Position numbers and translations under genes: made by a program. The notes below the pieces were generated by a model. It ran no database searches, was not told where the DNA came from, and worked only from the letters and a program-made list of their open reading frames with translations. DNA of 64,000 nucleotides from Monocercomonoides exilis PA203 (taxonomy: Eukaryota; Protista; Preaxostyla), in assembly GCA_001643675.2 (NCBI GenBank), contig LSRY02000026.1:186001-250000 (forward strand). The letters run 5' to 3'. This document shows positions 25,950 to 40,400 of the stretch, in pieces. The stretch's first letter is position 1. Each line of letters starts with the position of its first letter.

Positions 25950-27150
25950 TAAAATATGTGATCATATCTTCATATCCTTCTTCTTCCATTTTTTCGAAAA
26001 CTTATCTTTTTGTTTTTTTTCTTTTCATTTCTTCTATTTCTTTTTTCTTCTTTTGTTTCATTTCCTTGCAAACTTCATAAAAAATCCCAGCTATCCAATG
26101 AAGCATCATCATTCAACATAGGCTGATAATGTTCCTCCAAAGAAATATCAATTTCTCCCTTTTTCATCAAGCGATAGACATTCACAGCTCTGTATATCAC
26201 AGCTTCTCTTTATGAATAAATGTTCGGAACGTAAATTTCTATGTGATTATTCTTTGCGATTAGAAATGCCTGAACAATGCCATTGATGTACCATAAATTC
26301 ATCGTTCCACAACTTGCAACGGAGAAAATAAGATTTAAACGTTATGAGCCTTTTAAAAAGAAACATCTTCTTTCGTTTCTTTTCTTCTTTTTTTTTCAAA
26401 CCACGTTTTTTCTTAACTTTTCAGATTCTTTCCTTGCTTCTCTCCAAAAATGCAGCTCATTCGCAATCCCCCTTCCCTTGTTTTCATCGCTGATCAAGTG
26501 GCTAATCAAGAAATCTCACGCAAACAAGAAGCCAAATCTCGCGAGCTTAAGATACCTTTCGTGATGCTCGATGATTTTCTTAATCCCTTCCAGATATAGT
26601 TCTTGCACAGTTTTCTATAAAAATCAGAAAAATATGCAAAAATGTCAAAAAGCAAATTGAAATGTTCATACACAATATTCAGTTGCACTCAAAGCCAATA
26701 AAGCCATTTCCACTTCTGTTTGTGTTTTTTCGTTTTCCTCTTTGTTCCATACTGCTTTTTGAAGACAAGGAATGCAAATCGACAAAAATTCTGGTGGGAG
26801 GTTGTAACTTAGCATTTTTAATACATACAAAGATCGGCTAAATGCCTTTCATCCTTTTCTTCTTTCTTCTCATTTTCATTAATAATCATCTCCTTTATTG
26901 GTTTGCAAAATGTGAACTCATCAAATGGAGGAGAATGTTTTTTTAGCAGTTTTAAATATCCCATAAACTTCGAAAATTCAATGGCATTTTTCAAGGTTAT
27001 TTTCTCTTCTTCAACCATTTTGTGTATTTTACCGAACAGTTCCGATGTGAATACATGTCCTTATTCTTCTTCACACTTTAAATCAATCATCCCTTTAATT
27101 TTCTTGATATGTAGTTTTTGATCAATTTCATTGTTATGACCCAGTTCAGA
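25950..27150 (-). pseudogene. Member of a lineage-expanded hypothetical protein family (EENEKTQTEVEMALLALS motif), decayed
   Basis: The minus strand reads ...KIHKMVEEEKITLKNAI..., EKKEEKDERHLADLC and EENEKTQTEVEMALLALS. Frameshifted. Confidence 0.65.
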
Positions 27151-27600
27151 AAATAACACAACAAATAAAAAGAACAAACCAAAAAATGCAATAAACAATA
27201 ATTCAAGTTGGACATAAAATGCAAACCTTTCAATTTTTTTGTGTTGTTCATCTCCTGTATTTTTTCAGGATAAAAGTGGCAAGTGAGCAATGGAATAAAA
27301 AATTATTTACACTGCGTTCAAGTTGTTTGGATTAAAGAAAGCTGCTAAAAATGATAATTAGAATTTTTGATGAATTATCACTATTCACATCATTCTTTTA
27401 AATTTTGACCAATAAACAAGATTTTTCAAAGAAATTATTGTTTTTATCATATCATTTTGTCATTTGGGGTTGAATGATCAATTGTCATTCTTAAATAACA
27501 ATTGCAGATTAACTGATCATTCGTTGAATTATTAATTTCAACCGAAAAGGTTTTCTCATCAATAATAAGAAATATTTCCGTAATTAATAAATTAATAAAT

Positions 27601-27631
<31 letters not shown>

Positions 27632-28144
27632 GGTGACCGACAGAGTGAAAAATTTGTATGTCGTGTTGCACAGGTCTACCAACTACCTCAAAAAATTCAT
27701 CATGAATCTTTTCAAACAGATCAATAAAAAATCTTTTGCTTCAAAAAAGATCTCAATGATCAATTGAGTATTTTTATAACGTGGATATTTGCAGAAATCG
27801 TTATTGACCTTAAAAAACACCTCAATTTTATAGGGTCATCTTTTTATTGGAACTTTTTTTAAATAAAAATTAATCTGACCCACAAACGATATTTTAAAAA
27901 ATATTTTTGGTGTATGTACAACTGTCAAGTGTTCTTATATTTGAATATAGAAAGAAATCCAATTTCCAATGAGTGAAATGAGGGGAGTTCAAGTCCTTCC
28001 ATTGAGCTTTCATGAGAAATTGGACTGCACATAGGTTTGTAAATATTTCTAATTCATTCAAAAATTAAAATATTAATTAAAAATTCTTTAATGAGAATTA
28101 ATAAATTAAAAAATATATTAATAATCATTGCCCATAATATATAA

Positions 28145-29846
28145 ATGAAATTACTAGTGAAAAAGAAAGCTGAAGCAGCGCAGAAGCGGGTGAAGGAAGC
28201 AATGTCTACATTCCATAACAGTAAACATAGTTCAAGATTGGAAAGGATTGCACACATTGTCAATGACAATATCGTCAGGCTGGTCGATGGAGTCAAATAC
28301 GGCGGAATCAGCAAAAAATACTTTGGAATACGCTGTGAAAGCTATAAAAAACGGCAGGTCGATAGAAAAAGTTTGGCACCCACCAATTATTAGAGGCGAA
28401 AAAGAAAAGAAATTCTTGGAAGAAGTTGCAATAGAATCTCGATCTGGGACAAACCTCACTTTATGAAAAGCGTTCGATCTGGTTTGCAATCGACATTTGA
28501 ATTGTATATTTATTTGTATTTAGATGGAAAATATAATAAACGATAGTGAAGAAGAAAAAGAAAAGATGAAGAAAAAATAAAAAAGACAGTAACTTTAAAG
28601 ACAGTTTACGCCTTCATACAGAGACATCCGGAACTGAAGTCCTCGCTGCCAAAGCAAGTAGATATCAACAGACTAGCAGCATCTTGTCAGAAAGTCCTTC
28701 GGTCGTGGTTCTCCAAATCACAATCATTGCACGATTATAATAAATATAAATATCCAAAGGAATTAATCTTCAATATCGATGAATCTTCGCTTCGCATTCC
28801 AATTTCTACACGTGGTGTTGTTGTTCATCCTGCAGGATGAACAAGCTGTGTTCAAAAAGACTGCCGAAAGGATGCCGAATGCTACTCTCGTTGCTGGAAT
28901 CGCTGCTGATAGCTTCTCGCTTCCGTCTATCGTGCTGTGGCCGAGTGCAAATCTTCCGAAAGAACTGACAACACTGTTAGCGCCATCGCTTGACATTTGG
29001 CCAAACACAAACGGCTGGATGGACAAAACAGCATTCAAAAAATACGCCTTAACATTCCTGCTGCCAGCTATCATTGACAGAAGAAAGCGAATTCTTAAAG
29101 AATCTCATCGTTGCCTTCTTCTCTTGGATTCACACTCATCGCGGGCGGATCCAACTATATGGAGACAGTTCAAGGAAGCCGAAATTGATGTCGTCACCTT
29201 CGTTCCACATACAACACACAGATCGCAGCCGCTGGACAGAGGAGTATTTGCAGTGTTGAAGATGGAGCTTTTAAACAATAACAGCTCCTCATCATCCACC
29301 TCCTCATCTTCAAAAAGAACAGCTGTTGCAGATGTGTTGCCACAAGCCCTTCACACAGCATTCACCCCATCGGTGATCAAAAAAGCCTTCATTAACAACG
29401 GAGTCCTCAGCAATGGATCTGGATCTGTGCTAATGAAGCTTCCTCAATCTTCTCAACACTCCATTCCTTCTCATTCACATTGTTTCGACTTCTTCGGAAA
29501 AGAAATAACAAAAGAAAAACTTCTTGATGAATGGGATGAATATAATGAAAAGCACAAGATGAAAATTGAAGAAATTGAAGAAAAAGAAAAGGAAATTGAA
29601 GAAATTGAAGAAAAAGAAAAGGAAATTGAAGAAATTGAAGAAAAAGAAAAGGAAATTGAAGAAATTGAAGAAAAAGAAAAGGAAATTGAAGAAGAAGAAT
29701 TGCCTTTGGAGAAAAAATTGAAAAGGAAATTCAGAAAAATTAAGAATGATGACGATGAAACAAGCGATGAATTTGACCCCTTTGAACGTGAAAATGGAAA
29801 AAGAAAAGTGAGAAGAGTAATTGATTCGAGTTTTGTATTTTTTTGA
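28145..29846 (+). pseudogene. pogo-like DDE_1 transposase, frameshifted
   Basis: LIFNIDES (about 28765), NGWMDKTAF, LLLLDSHSSR and VPHTTHRSQPLDRGVFAVLK. N-terminal HTH-like fragments at 28145-28700. Confidence 0.85.
29564..29696 (+). repeat. 30-bp tandem repeat (about 4 copies) encoding EIEEIEEKEK
   Basis: gaaattgaagaaattgaagaaaaagaaaag repeated. Confidence 0.9.
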
Positions 29847-30602
29847 TGTGTTTTTAAATTTTTTCATCTCAAAAAATTTTGGTGTCATTAAAGAAAAAAG
29901 TGCCAATAAAAAGATGATCTTATTTATATTATCGCAATGTAACTAATATTAGTATCTGCAAATTACAGATCAACAAAAAAATCGAAATTAGAAATGGGAT
30001 TATAATGAAGAAAAAGATTTGAAATTTCGTGTTGATACTTTATTTTCGAAATTTTTCTTAATTTGCCAAAGATTCTATTATTAAATTTTGAATATTTCTT
30101 TTGATTTTCTTTGTGGAAATTCTGTCGCTCTTTCTCAACTGAAGTCATAGTTGAATTTTGTTGTTTTCCGTTTGTTAATACATCAAAACAGGTTTAACGT
30201 TATTTGTCCTTCAGACATTTACTCAATAATTAATTATTTAATCTATTTTTTGTAATCTTTCACTCCTGTTTTTTTTTTTTTTGTAATCCTTGGAAAGAAG
30301 GGAAGTTTTTTTATTTCACATCACTTTTCACTTGAGGAAAGCGCCTTGCTGCTCGGTGTTTGAGTTGCAGAGAAATGAGGAGAAACATCCAAATTTTTCA
30401 ATGAAATGCTTGAATTTATATTCGCCTTTTCGGAGAGCTGTTTAATGGAAATGCTAAGCTTGTTATTTTATTTCATCCATTCTGGCAGCGAGAAAGGCAA
30501 GAGAAGAAAGAGGGAAATAAAAATAGGAATGAAAATAACTATGCTAACAACTCACTAAATGATCTAAACAAATCAAGCGAAGCACAATAAAATTACAAAA
30601 AA

Positions 30603-33600
30603 GTGGAAGAAGGAAATACAATTTTTCTTAATCATCAGTCTTATTCAACTTCTTTTGTGACAAACAAAACAGAACCGCATGAAAAATCAGTCAGAGCAGC
30701 AGCCTCAACACACGCCCAAAATGAATTCTCGCATCAAATAAAGCTTTCGCGCAGGGCGAGTACAAAAACACGCACATGGAAGTTGCTCAAAGGGAAAAAT
30801 ATGTTGCAGAAACATGCTTCTTCGGCTTCTTCTGTTTGTGCTTTGTCAAATGCTGGTTTTCCAGCTTCCTCATGTCCGATTTCAAGTACTCAGACAAAGA
30901 ATTCTTCATCCTCTTCTTCTTCTGTTTCACTGCTGAGCATGCCATCAACTGCATTCGGAATAGCACTCAAACGAAGCAGAGGGAGAAAAGCGCTTGCTGC
31001 CTTCAAGCGGACGATCTGTAAAAAAAAGCACATACAGGCTCAAGGATAGCTCCACCAGAGTTTAAATCAGAAGTGCTGGGGCTGACAAACAAGATGGGAG
31101 GAAGTGGAAATAACATAAATAATAATAATAATAATAATTGCAGGAAGAAGAAGAAGCTATTACGTGTGGTGATGGATCAAGTGCAGCTGGCTATTCCAAG
31201 AGGAAGGCCGCCGAAGATGAAGAGGAAGCGGATGATGACTGCGATGAGGTTGAGCCAGCAGGGGAAGGAGAGCGAAGGAGGTGCAAATGCAAATGCGACA
31301 GCGCAGAATTCGAGGTGTTTGGAGTCAGCTGCTGCTGCGTTGGAGAGTTAGAGGAGAAAGGAAAGGAGAAAGGAGAAAAAGAAGGGAAGAATAATTTCTG
31401 TGTTTGATGAGCTTCTTCCAGATGAATAGGAGCATTGCAGGGAAAAAGGTGAAAAGCGGAGTGGATAAGCGAGCGTGAAATCGAAAGGAAAAGCGAAAGA
31501 AAAAGCATTCCGATCAAAGACAAGTCCGACGATGAGTTCATATGATGTGCCGAGTGAGCTGCTTTCGAGAGAGCTGGAGCTGCTGGGTGTGGCAGATGAC
31601 AGCATCACATTTGACTCATCTGAATCAGACACGAGTGAGATGAGTGGAAGAATTGAAAGAAACACTGATGGGAATGGCTATGATGAGGAAGTGGATGATA
31701 AGGAGAAAGAGGAGAAGAAGAAGACGTGGAGTTAGACAGGATTCTCAGTGCAAAGATATTTTTGACAAGCACACAGGCCAGACGGCAGACACAGAAAAAG
31801 CACAGATCTGTTTTTGAATATGACACCTCATCCACATTCAACTCAGCAAAAATGAGAGAAAACAGCTCGGTCGAAACAACATTTGTAACAGCTGAGATGA
31901 AAGAGAGGCAGAAGAAGGAGGCACTTACGAAGATGAAGAAGAACACTCTGAAGCAGATACATGGAAAGATCATCCAAACAATGAAGCCAGTCTTCCTTCT
32001 GCTGCCTTCAAATCTTGTTTAGGAAGAGGAAATCAAGGCAAAGACACCAAAAAGAAAGATGTGGTAGAAAGGGAAAGAAAAGAACATGTTCTATTTGAAA
32101 CAGAATGATGAGGGGAGAGAGAGAACAAGCGGAGAAGGTGCAGCTGACACTGAAGAAGCAAAAGAAGACAGCGAAGACAAAGACAGTGAAGATAGCGATT
32201 GTAGTGACGATAGTAATGATGTAGATTGTTTGGATATAGCACGATCTGCTGACACATCAAATGCCTATAAAAACAGGCAAGGCAGCAGAAAGAAAAGAAG
32301 ACCCAAATACACTCCTTGCCCTGCTCTTCTCTAGCAAGCAGCGAAAGACGCTTTTATCGGAATCCCTAAAGAGTAATCAGAAGAAGTCGCATGTCACTTT
32401 CTCACCCACCTCAACCATCACTAGTGGAGAGCTCAGTCAGACTTCTCAACCGCTGTCCTTACCTTCAGCCAAGCCAACAAAGGAAAATGGAGAGAAAGAA
32501 GAAGGTGAGAATGCAGTTGACTCAGAAAACACAGCAACCACAGTTTTCGTTGCTGTTTTTGTGCCACGAAGGCATCTTGCCTTGTCTTCCATCAGAACAG
32601 AACTCGGCAGAGAATTGCAGGCACATCTCAGAGCAGCTGCGGTAAACAGGTTTGCGACGGCTACTTCATGAGAGAGTTTGACTAGCCAGACAGGCATGCC
32701 AATGCAAATGGAGAAGATGGAGGAGGAGGAGGAGGAGAAGGAGTGGATGACTTTGGGAACAATTCTGTGTTTTGGAGGAAGTGCAGACAGAATACAGGGC
32801 TGGAGACGCTGTTTGTGTGGTCGATGCAGCAGATAGGGCAAAAAGAAGTCGCTGCTTTGCTTTATTCACTCGAAGAGGCGCTGTTCCATATTTTCAGCAA
32901 ATTTGGATCTCCTCAGCTTCCGAAACCCATTACGATTCCATCATCTCACGCCGGTGTAACAGGGGGAACATTGGAGAATGATGCGAACTCGTTTGTTACC
33001 CTGCTGTGTGGAATGAGGCTGTTCAGTTTGAGGAGAGAAGATGCAGTGAGAGATGCACAAATGATTATGAATATGAGAAAGTTAATGAGTTTGTGGAGAG
33101 GAGAAGGAAGGGCAGCTGTGGAAGGAGGGGACGAGGCAAGAGACACAGCTGAGCTGTTCTGTGAAGAAATGGGAATTTTGAAGCATTGTTCCTGATGTGC
33201 AGAACAAGATCAATAGAAAGAATGATAATGGCTTCTCTTTTAACACAATTGACAATAAAACATTTGCCGTCAACACGATTATTTGTAGACCCGTTTCTGT
33301 TTGCTTCGTCTGTCTTAATCAAAGACAAGTTAATATTGCAGTCTGCAACCGAAAATGCATTTTTTGTTTCTCCGCCGAGAATAACATGCGTCACATCCAT
33401 CGGAGAAACTCTATTCGAACTGACAGATTCAACACACACAATGTTGCTCCGCTGCGCGTTGAATAGCCACATAAAGAAGAGCAATATTCGATTCTGCCTT
33501 CTTCTCTCAAGTTTTCATGAGCGCTTCTTGTCAACGTGTGTCCTCTCCATCTTTCTCATCTTCTCACTCCAATCGTAATCACTTTGCCTTCAAAGATGTT

Positions 33601-34462
33601 TTCAGTATCTTTCACCTCATCTTTCGTGTTCTCAATCCCTTCTCTATTCACATCCTGCGTCACTTCTTTTTCTGATTCTCAGTCCGTGCTATCCTTCAGC
33701 ACAACACCTTCCATCATCTCATTCTCCACGCAGCCCATTAGCCCTTCTGCCACCTCGTCCAATCTCCCGCTGCTTCGTCTGCTGGTAACGCGGGCTGCAC
33801 TCACAGCTATTGTCACCGCTATTGTCACCGCTCTTCGCAAGCTAATGGTGAAGAAGAACTTGTTCCACGAAATATCAGCCATTCTCGAGACACACCATGA
33901 CCAGAAACCTTCTTCTTCTCCTTCGATGTTCATTTCTGCCTCTCTTATTCAGCAATTGAAGGTTGTTGGTGCTACATCCTCACAACAAGACACACATTCC
34001 TCTTCTGTTTTATCTTCTTCTGCTGTTCAGCGAACATTAGAGTCTCAGTCAACTTCATTGGTATATTCTATTGAATCGAATATGACAACAAATCCACAGG
34101 AACTGAGTGGATCTTCAAACGCTCCAGCTGATGGAGCTGAAACTACTTCTGTTATCAATGAGATGAATGCATCAGGAACAGCAAGAGGAGGAGAAGAAGA
34201 ACTTTCCTTTCAGATTAAGATAGACCAATTCTCAACTATTCTTCCACATCAGCTGCAGACAAGCGTAACCTCCTCACAATCTCCTCTCTCATATCTTTCG
34301 CAATCTCCCTCTCCTTCTCCCTCTTCTCCGTCATTCACATCAATAAATTCTTTATCCTCAGTTTTCCTCCCTTTTCCTTCGACTCATTCTCTCCCACTTC
34401 AGCGTTGTCAACGAACATCTTCTTCTTTTTCTTTTCTCCCAGCCATCTGGAATAATTCCTAA
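30603..34462 (+). pseudogene. Fragmented low-complexity hypothetical coding region(s)
   Basis: A chain of short Ser/Glu/Lys-rich ORFs in shifting frames with coding-like composition. No recognisable domain. Confidence 0.35.
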
Positions 34463-34929
34463 GAATTTAACGATGCGAAGTCAACTTTCTCGAATTCTTT
34501 CTCATTTTTTAAAGGGATGCTCTTTCATCTTCACCTGCCACTGTCCTCCTTGCTCTGCTTTTGTTACAGCTACCATCTAATTCATCATCGTAGTCATCGT
34601 CATCTTTTTCTTCTTCTGGTCGTATTTCTTCATTTTTTGCATCTTCATAAGTGATGATAACGGAAATAAAAAAGAATGGAATTTATGAAGAAATCTAATT
34701 GGTCAAAAAATGAAAAGAAAATGATTAGTGAACGAAGAGAATGAAGATAAAGAGAAAGAAGAATTTGTTCAAGATAGAATGTATGAATGGAATTTGGATT
34801 TTAAAAATTGAAGAGATTTTTAAAGAAAAAAGGATAATATGGAAAAGGAGAGAAGTTGGAAGAGAAGACTTCAACGAGCTGTTAAAGAACGCAAAAACAG
34901 AGAAATAATCAATTGTTATTTATCTGAAT

Positions 34930-36400
34930 CATTCCGTCTGCAGCTTCTTTTTCATGGGTGTCCTTAAGCACAGATACGAAGAGAGAGGAAGGGCGCTGAG
35001 AGTTGGTGCTCAGGAGAACTCGTCCGTTGTTGAAAATCCACTTATTAAAACCAGGGAACGTGCAGTCTCCTTTTCAAAGAGATGCAGTGTAAAGTACGGC
35101 GGCGTCTGAGCAGATGAGGTTGCTGTGCATGGAGTGGTTATTCCGTATGGCACAGCTATTATTGGTTAGCTGGAAGCTGTAGACGTGAACACAACTTCAA
35201 AGCTTGCCTAGCGAGGCAGAGGTGAAGACGGAATTAACAATGCTGAATGAGCAACCATTAAAACTTGATCTAGAAGAAGAAGAAGAAAAAGAAGAAGTAT
35301 AATGCTATCTGTTTCAATGGAGAGATTTGTTGCGATGAGATGCTCGAGGGAGTATCTGAAGCCATCGTCGAATAGGAGCACAGGCGAGGCAGCACTGAGG
35401 GAGGAGAGGTTGGCGTGGGAGGGGAAGAGGGAGGAAGCGGGGAGAGCACGAATAGCAGGGCAGGTGAGGGGGGAGGGAATGGACAGATATGTTGGAGAGG
35501 AGAATGATCCCAAACAAATAGAAAGCAGAGTGGAGTTGAGTCTGGCAGGCCAGTCGGCTGGGGAAAAGAGGGAGGAAGACACAGCGAGGGATCCGTCGAG
35601 GAGGGAGAAAAGGGAAGAGTGTGCAGATCCAGAGGTTGTTTTCTATTGAGCTGCAGATGAATAACACAGTTGTAGAGAGGGAGGCGCAAGGAGCAGGCAT
35701 GTAGCTGCACTGGCGTGTGGAAAAGCCGGTGTCCTGTTCGACAAATATCTGGTGGGAGCGGTGGAATGCATTGAAGAGGAGGATGTTGATGTCGAGGTCT
35801 GTGTGGGAGAAGTCAACCTCGCAGATGGAGGTGTTTCAAGCGAAAGAATGCTGAGTGAAGCCGAAGGAAAAGAGAGACTTGTTGATTTGGGCGGAGATGG
35901 AGGAGCATCGGAGAAAGAAGTCCTTTCCCGCGAAGGAGTCGTACAAGACAAAGCAGAAGTTGAAGATGCCTTCGGACAAGTGCAGCTACGATTTCTCGCA
36001 GTTGAGGAACACCATTGCAACTCCGCCCTCAGAAGACTCTTCGCTCACGCAACGAATAAACACAAGCATAATCCTCTTATTATTCTGAGGATACAACGTT
36101 GGTGTTATTGGAGGAGTGAAAAACGATTATTGTTCTTTGATCTGGAGCAGCAAAGCCAACCAAACCAGCCGGAGCAAATGGGCAGATAGCCACGAGGGAA
36201 TTGCAAGGGAGCCAAGAGGAGGAGACTGAGAGGGATTCAAGTTTAGCTGAAGTGGATGCAGAAAAGGATATGATAAGGATGAAGAGGCGAGGGTTCAGTG
36301 GTTCAGAGACACACACACTTCTTCCGCTTCCACAATCGTTTATGAAAAAAGTGTTTGTGGAGTCAGCATGGAAAAAGAGCAGCGCGACAAAAGGAGAGGA
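34930..36400 (-). pseudogene. Adhesin-like family gene fragment, decayed
   Basis: The minus strand reads GGVAMVFLNC...AGKDFFLRCSSISAQINKSLF...NTSICEVD...HRSHQIFV...APCASL, parallel to GKDVFVRCHSIAHQINEILF...NNSICGRD in 4661-6352. Confidence 0.65.
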
Positions 36401-37409
36401 GCATCAGGTGAGGATATCTGGATGAATGATGAGAGACGAGGAAGAAATATGGAGAATCAGAGGAGAAGTGAAGAGAGGAAGATAAAATGAAGGTGTTCGT
36501 TTGATTGAAGCTTTTGAAAGTGTAAAAAGCGAAATTTTACAAATTAATATTCAATTTTTTATTATTTTCTTTGTTATAATTTCTACAACATTGTTTTATC
36601 AATTAATAAAGAGAACTTCTTTTAAGTATTATTTGTTTTTAACTTAAAAAAAAAAAAAAAAAATCACACACAATCAAGAGTTGTTAATCAAAGTTGAAAA
36701 GGAAAACAACAAAAAATTGAACATTGTTTTTTGAAATTACAAAACTGTTTGTATGTTTGTTTCAATTATTCTAAAAGAGTATTTGTCTCAATATAAAAGC
36801 AATAAAAATTTAATATCTAATAATAAACTTGGTACAAATAAAAATCTGTCTCTTAAATAAATTTTCTTCTGAATAATTTGAAACATATGAACACTTTATC
36901 TTTTTCAACATTTGTGTTTTTTAATAATTTTCTTTATTGAAAAAAAAAAAAAATAATAAATCAAAGAATTTCAATGTTCTTTTTACAAAAAACAATCACA
37001 AAAAATTGGTTATAGAAATATAATCTTATTTTTCCAAAGAACAAAAGTGAATAACAAATGAACGATGATTCTAATGTAAATTCGGGGGGAAAAAATAAGG
37101 TAAAAAAACAGAAAATCAACTTATTCTAATATATTCATCAAGGACCGAAAACAGCCTTGATGATGAATAATAGTTAATAGTGTTGTACAACAAAAATATT
37201 TAAAAACAAAAAAAGGAAAAATAGTCAATATAGCTCATTTGATGAAAACAAACAACTATATCAATAAAAATACAAAATAGAAGCATTACTGGTATTACTT
37301 ATGAATAAAATCAAAATAGAAAAAATAAAAATAATTATAATAAGAGTGTCACTTTTCTTTGTCAATATGCATCAACAACAATCACTGACTGCACTCATCC
37401 ATTTATTTT

Positions 37410-40400
37410 TCAGTTGTTCCGAGATCTTCTCTTCCTGACTACAACAATTGCAATAATCACAACAACCACCACTACCACCACAACCACAATAGGAACAACA
37501 ATAGCAACCACAGTCCCTGCACTCATCTTCTTCTTCTTTTCTGGTTCTGGCTCATCTTTCTTCTCCTTCAGGTATTTCTCATACACATCTTCAGGAGCAG
37601 CCTCTTCATCTGTTGCCCCCACAATCCATCCTTTGTTGTCGTCGTTGTAGTCCTTCGCAAATGCAAAGGCGTCTTTCTGTTGGCTGAACTTATCAAAGTC
37701 TGGAGCAATGATGCACAGTGATGCCACCGATGAATCTTTCCCTTTGTTGTCACCTAACTCAAGTTTGCCTACATCCGGAAGTTTCAAATTGTCAACTGCA
37801 TCTTTCACTTCAATGAGAATAGCTCCTGCCTTTCCACTTGCTGCTTCACACGATTTGAATGAACATTTCTTTTCTCTTCCCATTTCCACTTTCGAACCAT
37901 TATCAACCATCTTGATCAATACACCTGCACACAATCCCTTCGATGATTTCACTCCATTCATGGTCAGCCCTTCTATTCGAACACTCGATGCTTTTTCAAC
38001 TTCATCTTCAATGCTAATAGCTGCTCCATCTGTCACACTCACTTTATTGATCTCAACTGTATCTAATTTGACTGAAGAGGATTTGTTAATAACAAACAGT
38101 GATTCTTGGAAGTTCACTTCATTATCACCCTTGCATTCAACTCCACTCATTATAAGTTCTCCTTCTGTCACATTCACAAGATGGAATTTGGTAATTTCTT
38201 CATCATTTCTGGGTGCATCTGGCTCTGGTCTCACAAATTTGCAGTTCACAATACTCAACTTAGCATCTGCACCCTCTGCAACAATCAATGAGGATGTGTC
38301 AGTGTTTGATTCCTCTGGCTCATCCAATGACAATGGGAACAAGAAGGATATTCCTCTGAACTCAACTTCACTCTTGCATGTGAACAAATGACTTTCTGAT
38401 TTAACATTACAATCGATCTCCACTTCTGTTTCTTTTTCTGTTTCTTCTCCATTTGTTTTGGTTACACCCACAATCGTTGTCAATGAAAATTTCTCAAGTG
38501 TGACAGCTGCAGCTTTGAATGATTCATTCGTTTTGATGATATTGATCTTGAAGTTTTCTCCTCCAACACCCACTCCAAACAATTTGTATGCTGAATCCAG
38601 TTTTTTCTTTGGGTTGTCATAGCTCAATCCATTTTTGGAATCATCTGTTGCTCCTTCACTGACATACACATTTGTTATCGGATCAAAATACACTTCTGTG
38701 AAATCAACTTCAGAGCTATCCTCTGTTCCTTTTGCAACAACAAAGCATTTATTTTCATTTTTCTTGTAGTTGGCTGCAAAGCTTTTCTTCATCGCTATTG
38801 CCATGTCTCTATGAAGGCTGACTGGCACATCTAAATACAATCCTGTGTTCTTTTCAGCATTCGAAGTTGCATCTGAATCTGAAACCTTGCATCCAGTAAA
38901 TTCTAAATTGGTTCCTGTTTCTGGCCATGTCAGTTCATCTGCTTTTGTTATTCCTGTCATTTCCAGACATATTGCTCCTGATTTCCCCTTTGTACATGTG
39001 CAATTTTCAAATGTTGTTTTCCCAGTGTTTCCAATGGAGAATGTGCTTTCTGCATGTTCGCTCTTCACATAAAGTGCTCCACATGTATCTGTTGATGCAT
39101 CTTCAGATTTGCATTCTGTGAATGTGCATGTGTCCAAATTCACTGAAATAGCTGTGTCTGTATTTCCAACAATTTTCATAACAGCACTTCCCTTTGATGT
39201 GATCTTCTTCAGATTCAATGATGTCAATGAAACAGCTGTCACTGCTGTTGTTGTTCCATCAACCAAAAATGGTATTGCTGAAAATGTTACTGGATTATTA
39301 TCATCTTTGCATTCGACCTTGTTCATTGTCAATGTACCTGCACTCACTTTCACAAGATGAGATTTCACTTCTTCCCCTGTGTTTGTTAGCATCCCAAGTG
39401 TATTTGTTTGTGTTGTAAGCTTAAAATCACAAGTGTCAATTGTTAGAGAAACTGATCCATCAGTAGCATGAATCAAGGCATAAGTTCCTTCATTTCCTTC
39501 AGATTGATCTGTTACTTGTCCAGATGCTGATTTGAAATCAAACACCAAATTCTTGAATGTCACTGTTTTTTGACAGGTGAATAAGTCCTTTTCAGATATA
39601 TTGCTACAATCTATCTCAACTTTTGTGTCAGCTTCATTTCCAGTTTCCTCTGCTTCTACCACTCCTTCGATCGTAATTCCTGTCTCTTTTGAGAATGTCA
39701 CAGCATCTGCTTTAAGAACTTCTTGGTTTGATTTTCCTTTTTCTTTTAATATTTTAATAGAAAATTCTCCTGGACCTTTTGATTTATCCAATAAATCATT
39801 AGCTCCTTTTATTGTTGAAAATGGTTTTGTTTTTGTTCCATCTGCTGTGCTATCATCTTCTCCTCCACTTTGAACATATGCCTCATGTGGATCAAAATAT
39901 ATTGCAGTGAAATCAATATCTTCACTTACATTAGCTCCCTTAGCTGCAACAAACCAGTCATTTGTTCCTTTCACATAGTTTTTGGCAAATTTCTCTTTCA
40001 TTGCTTTGGCAATTTCCTTGAACTTTTCACTTTTCACATCAAGATACAAAAATGTCTGTTTATCTGAACCAGCTTTGCACCCACTAACTGTCAATTTATC
40101 TTCCTCAGACCATGTCAGTTTTTCTGCACTATCAATTTTTGTCATCTTCAGATATATCCCACCTGATTTCCCATTGGCACATTCACATGATGTAAATGTT
40201 GTTGTTGCATTTGAAATTCGTGAACTTTCTCCTATATTAAATGTGCTATCTGATTGATCACTTTCAACATACAATGCTCCACTTGTGGCATTAGATGCTT
40301 CTGTTGATATGCAATTGGCAAATGTACACCCATGGACATTCACTTCAATCTTAGTATCACTATTGTTTCCCCCAATCTTCACCACTGCACTTGCACTCGA

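Larger units (their letters stand above)
27787..29963 (+). mobile_element. pogo/Tigger-like (DDE_1, CENP-B family) DNA transposon, decayed
   Basis: Transposase motifs inside. Degenerate inverted ends: tttgcaga...tcatctttttattggaactttttt (27789-27860) vs aaaaaagtgccaataaaaagatga...tctgcaaa (29894-29962). Exact termini uncertain. Confidence 0.7.

Noticed and set aside
29564-29696. Regular 30-bp repeats resembling a CRISPR array
   Set aside because: These are head-to-tail coding repeats with no unique spacers, inside a pogo transposase ORF in a eukaryote.
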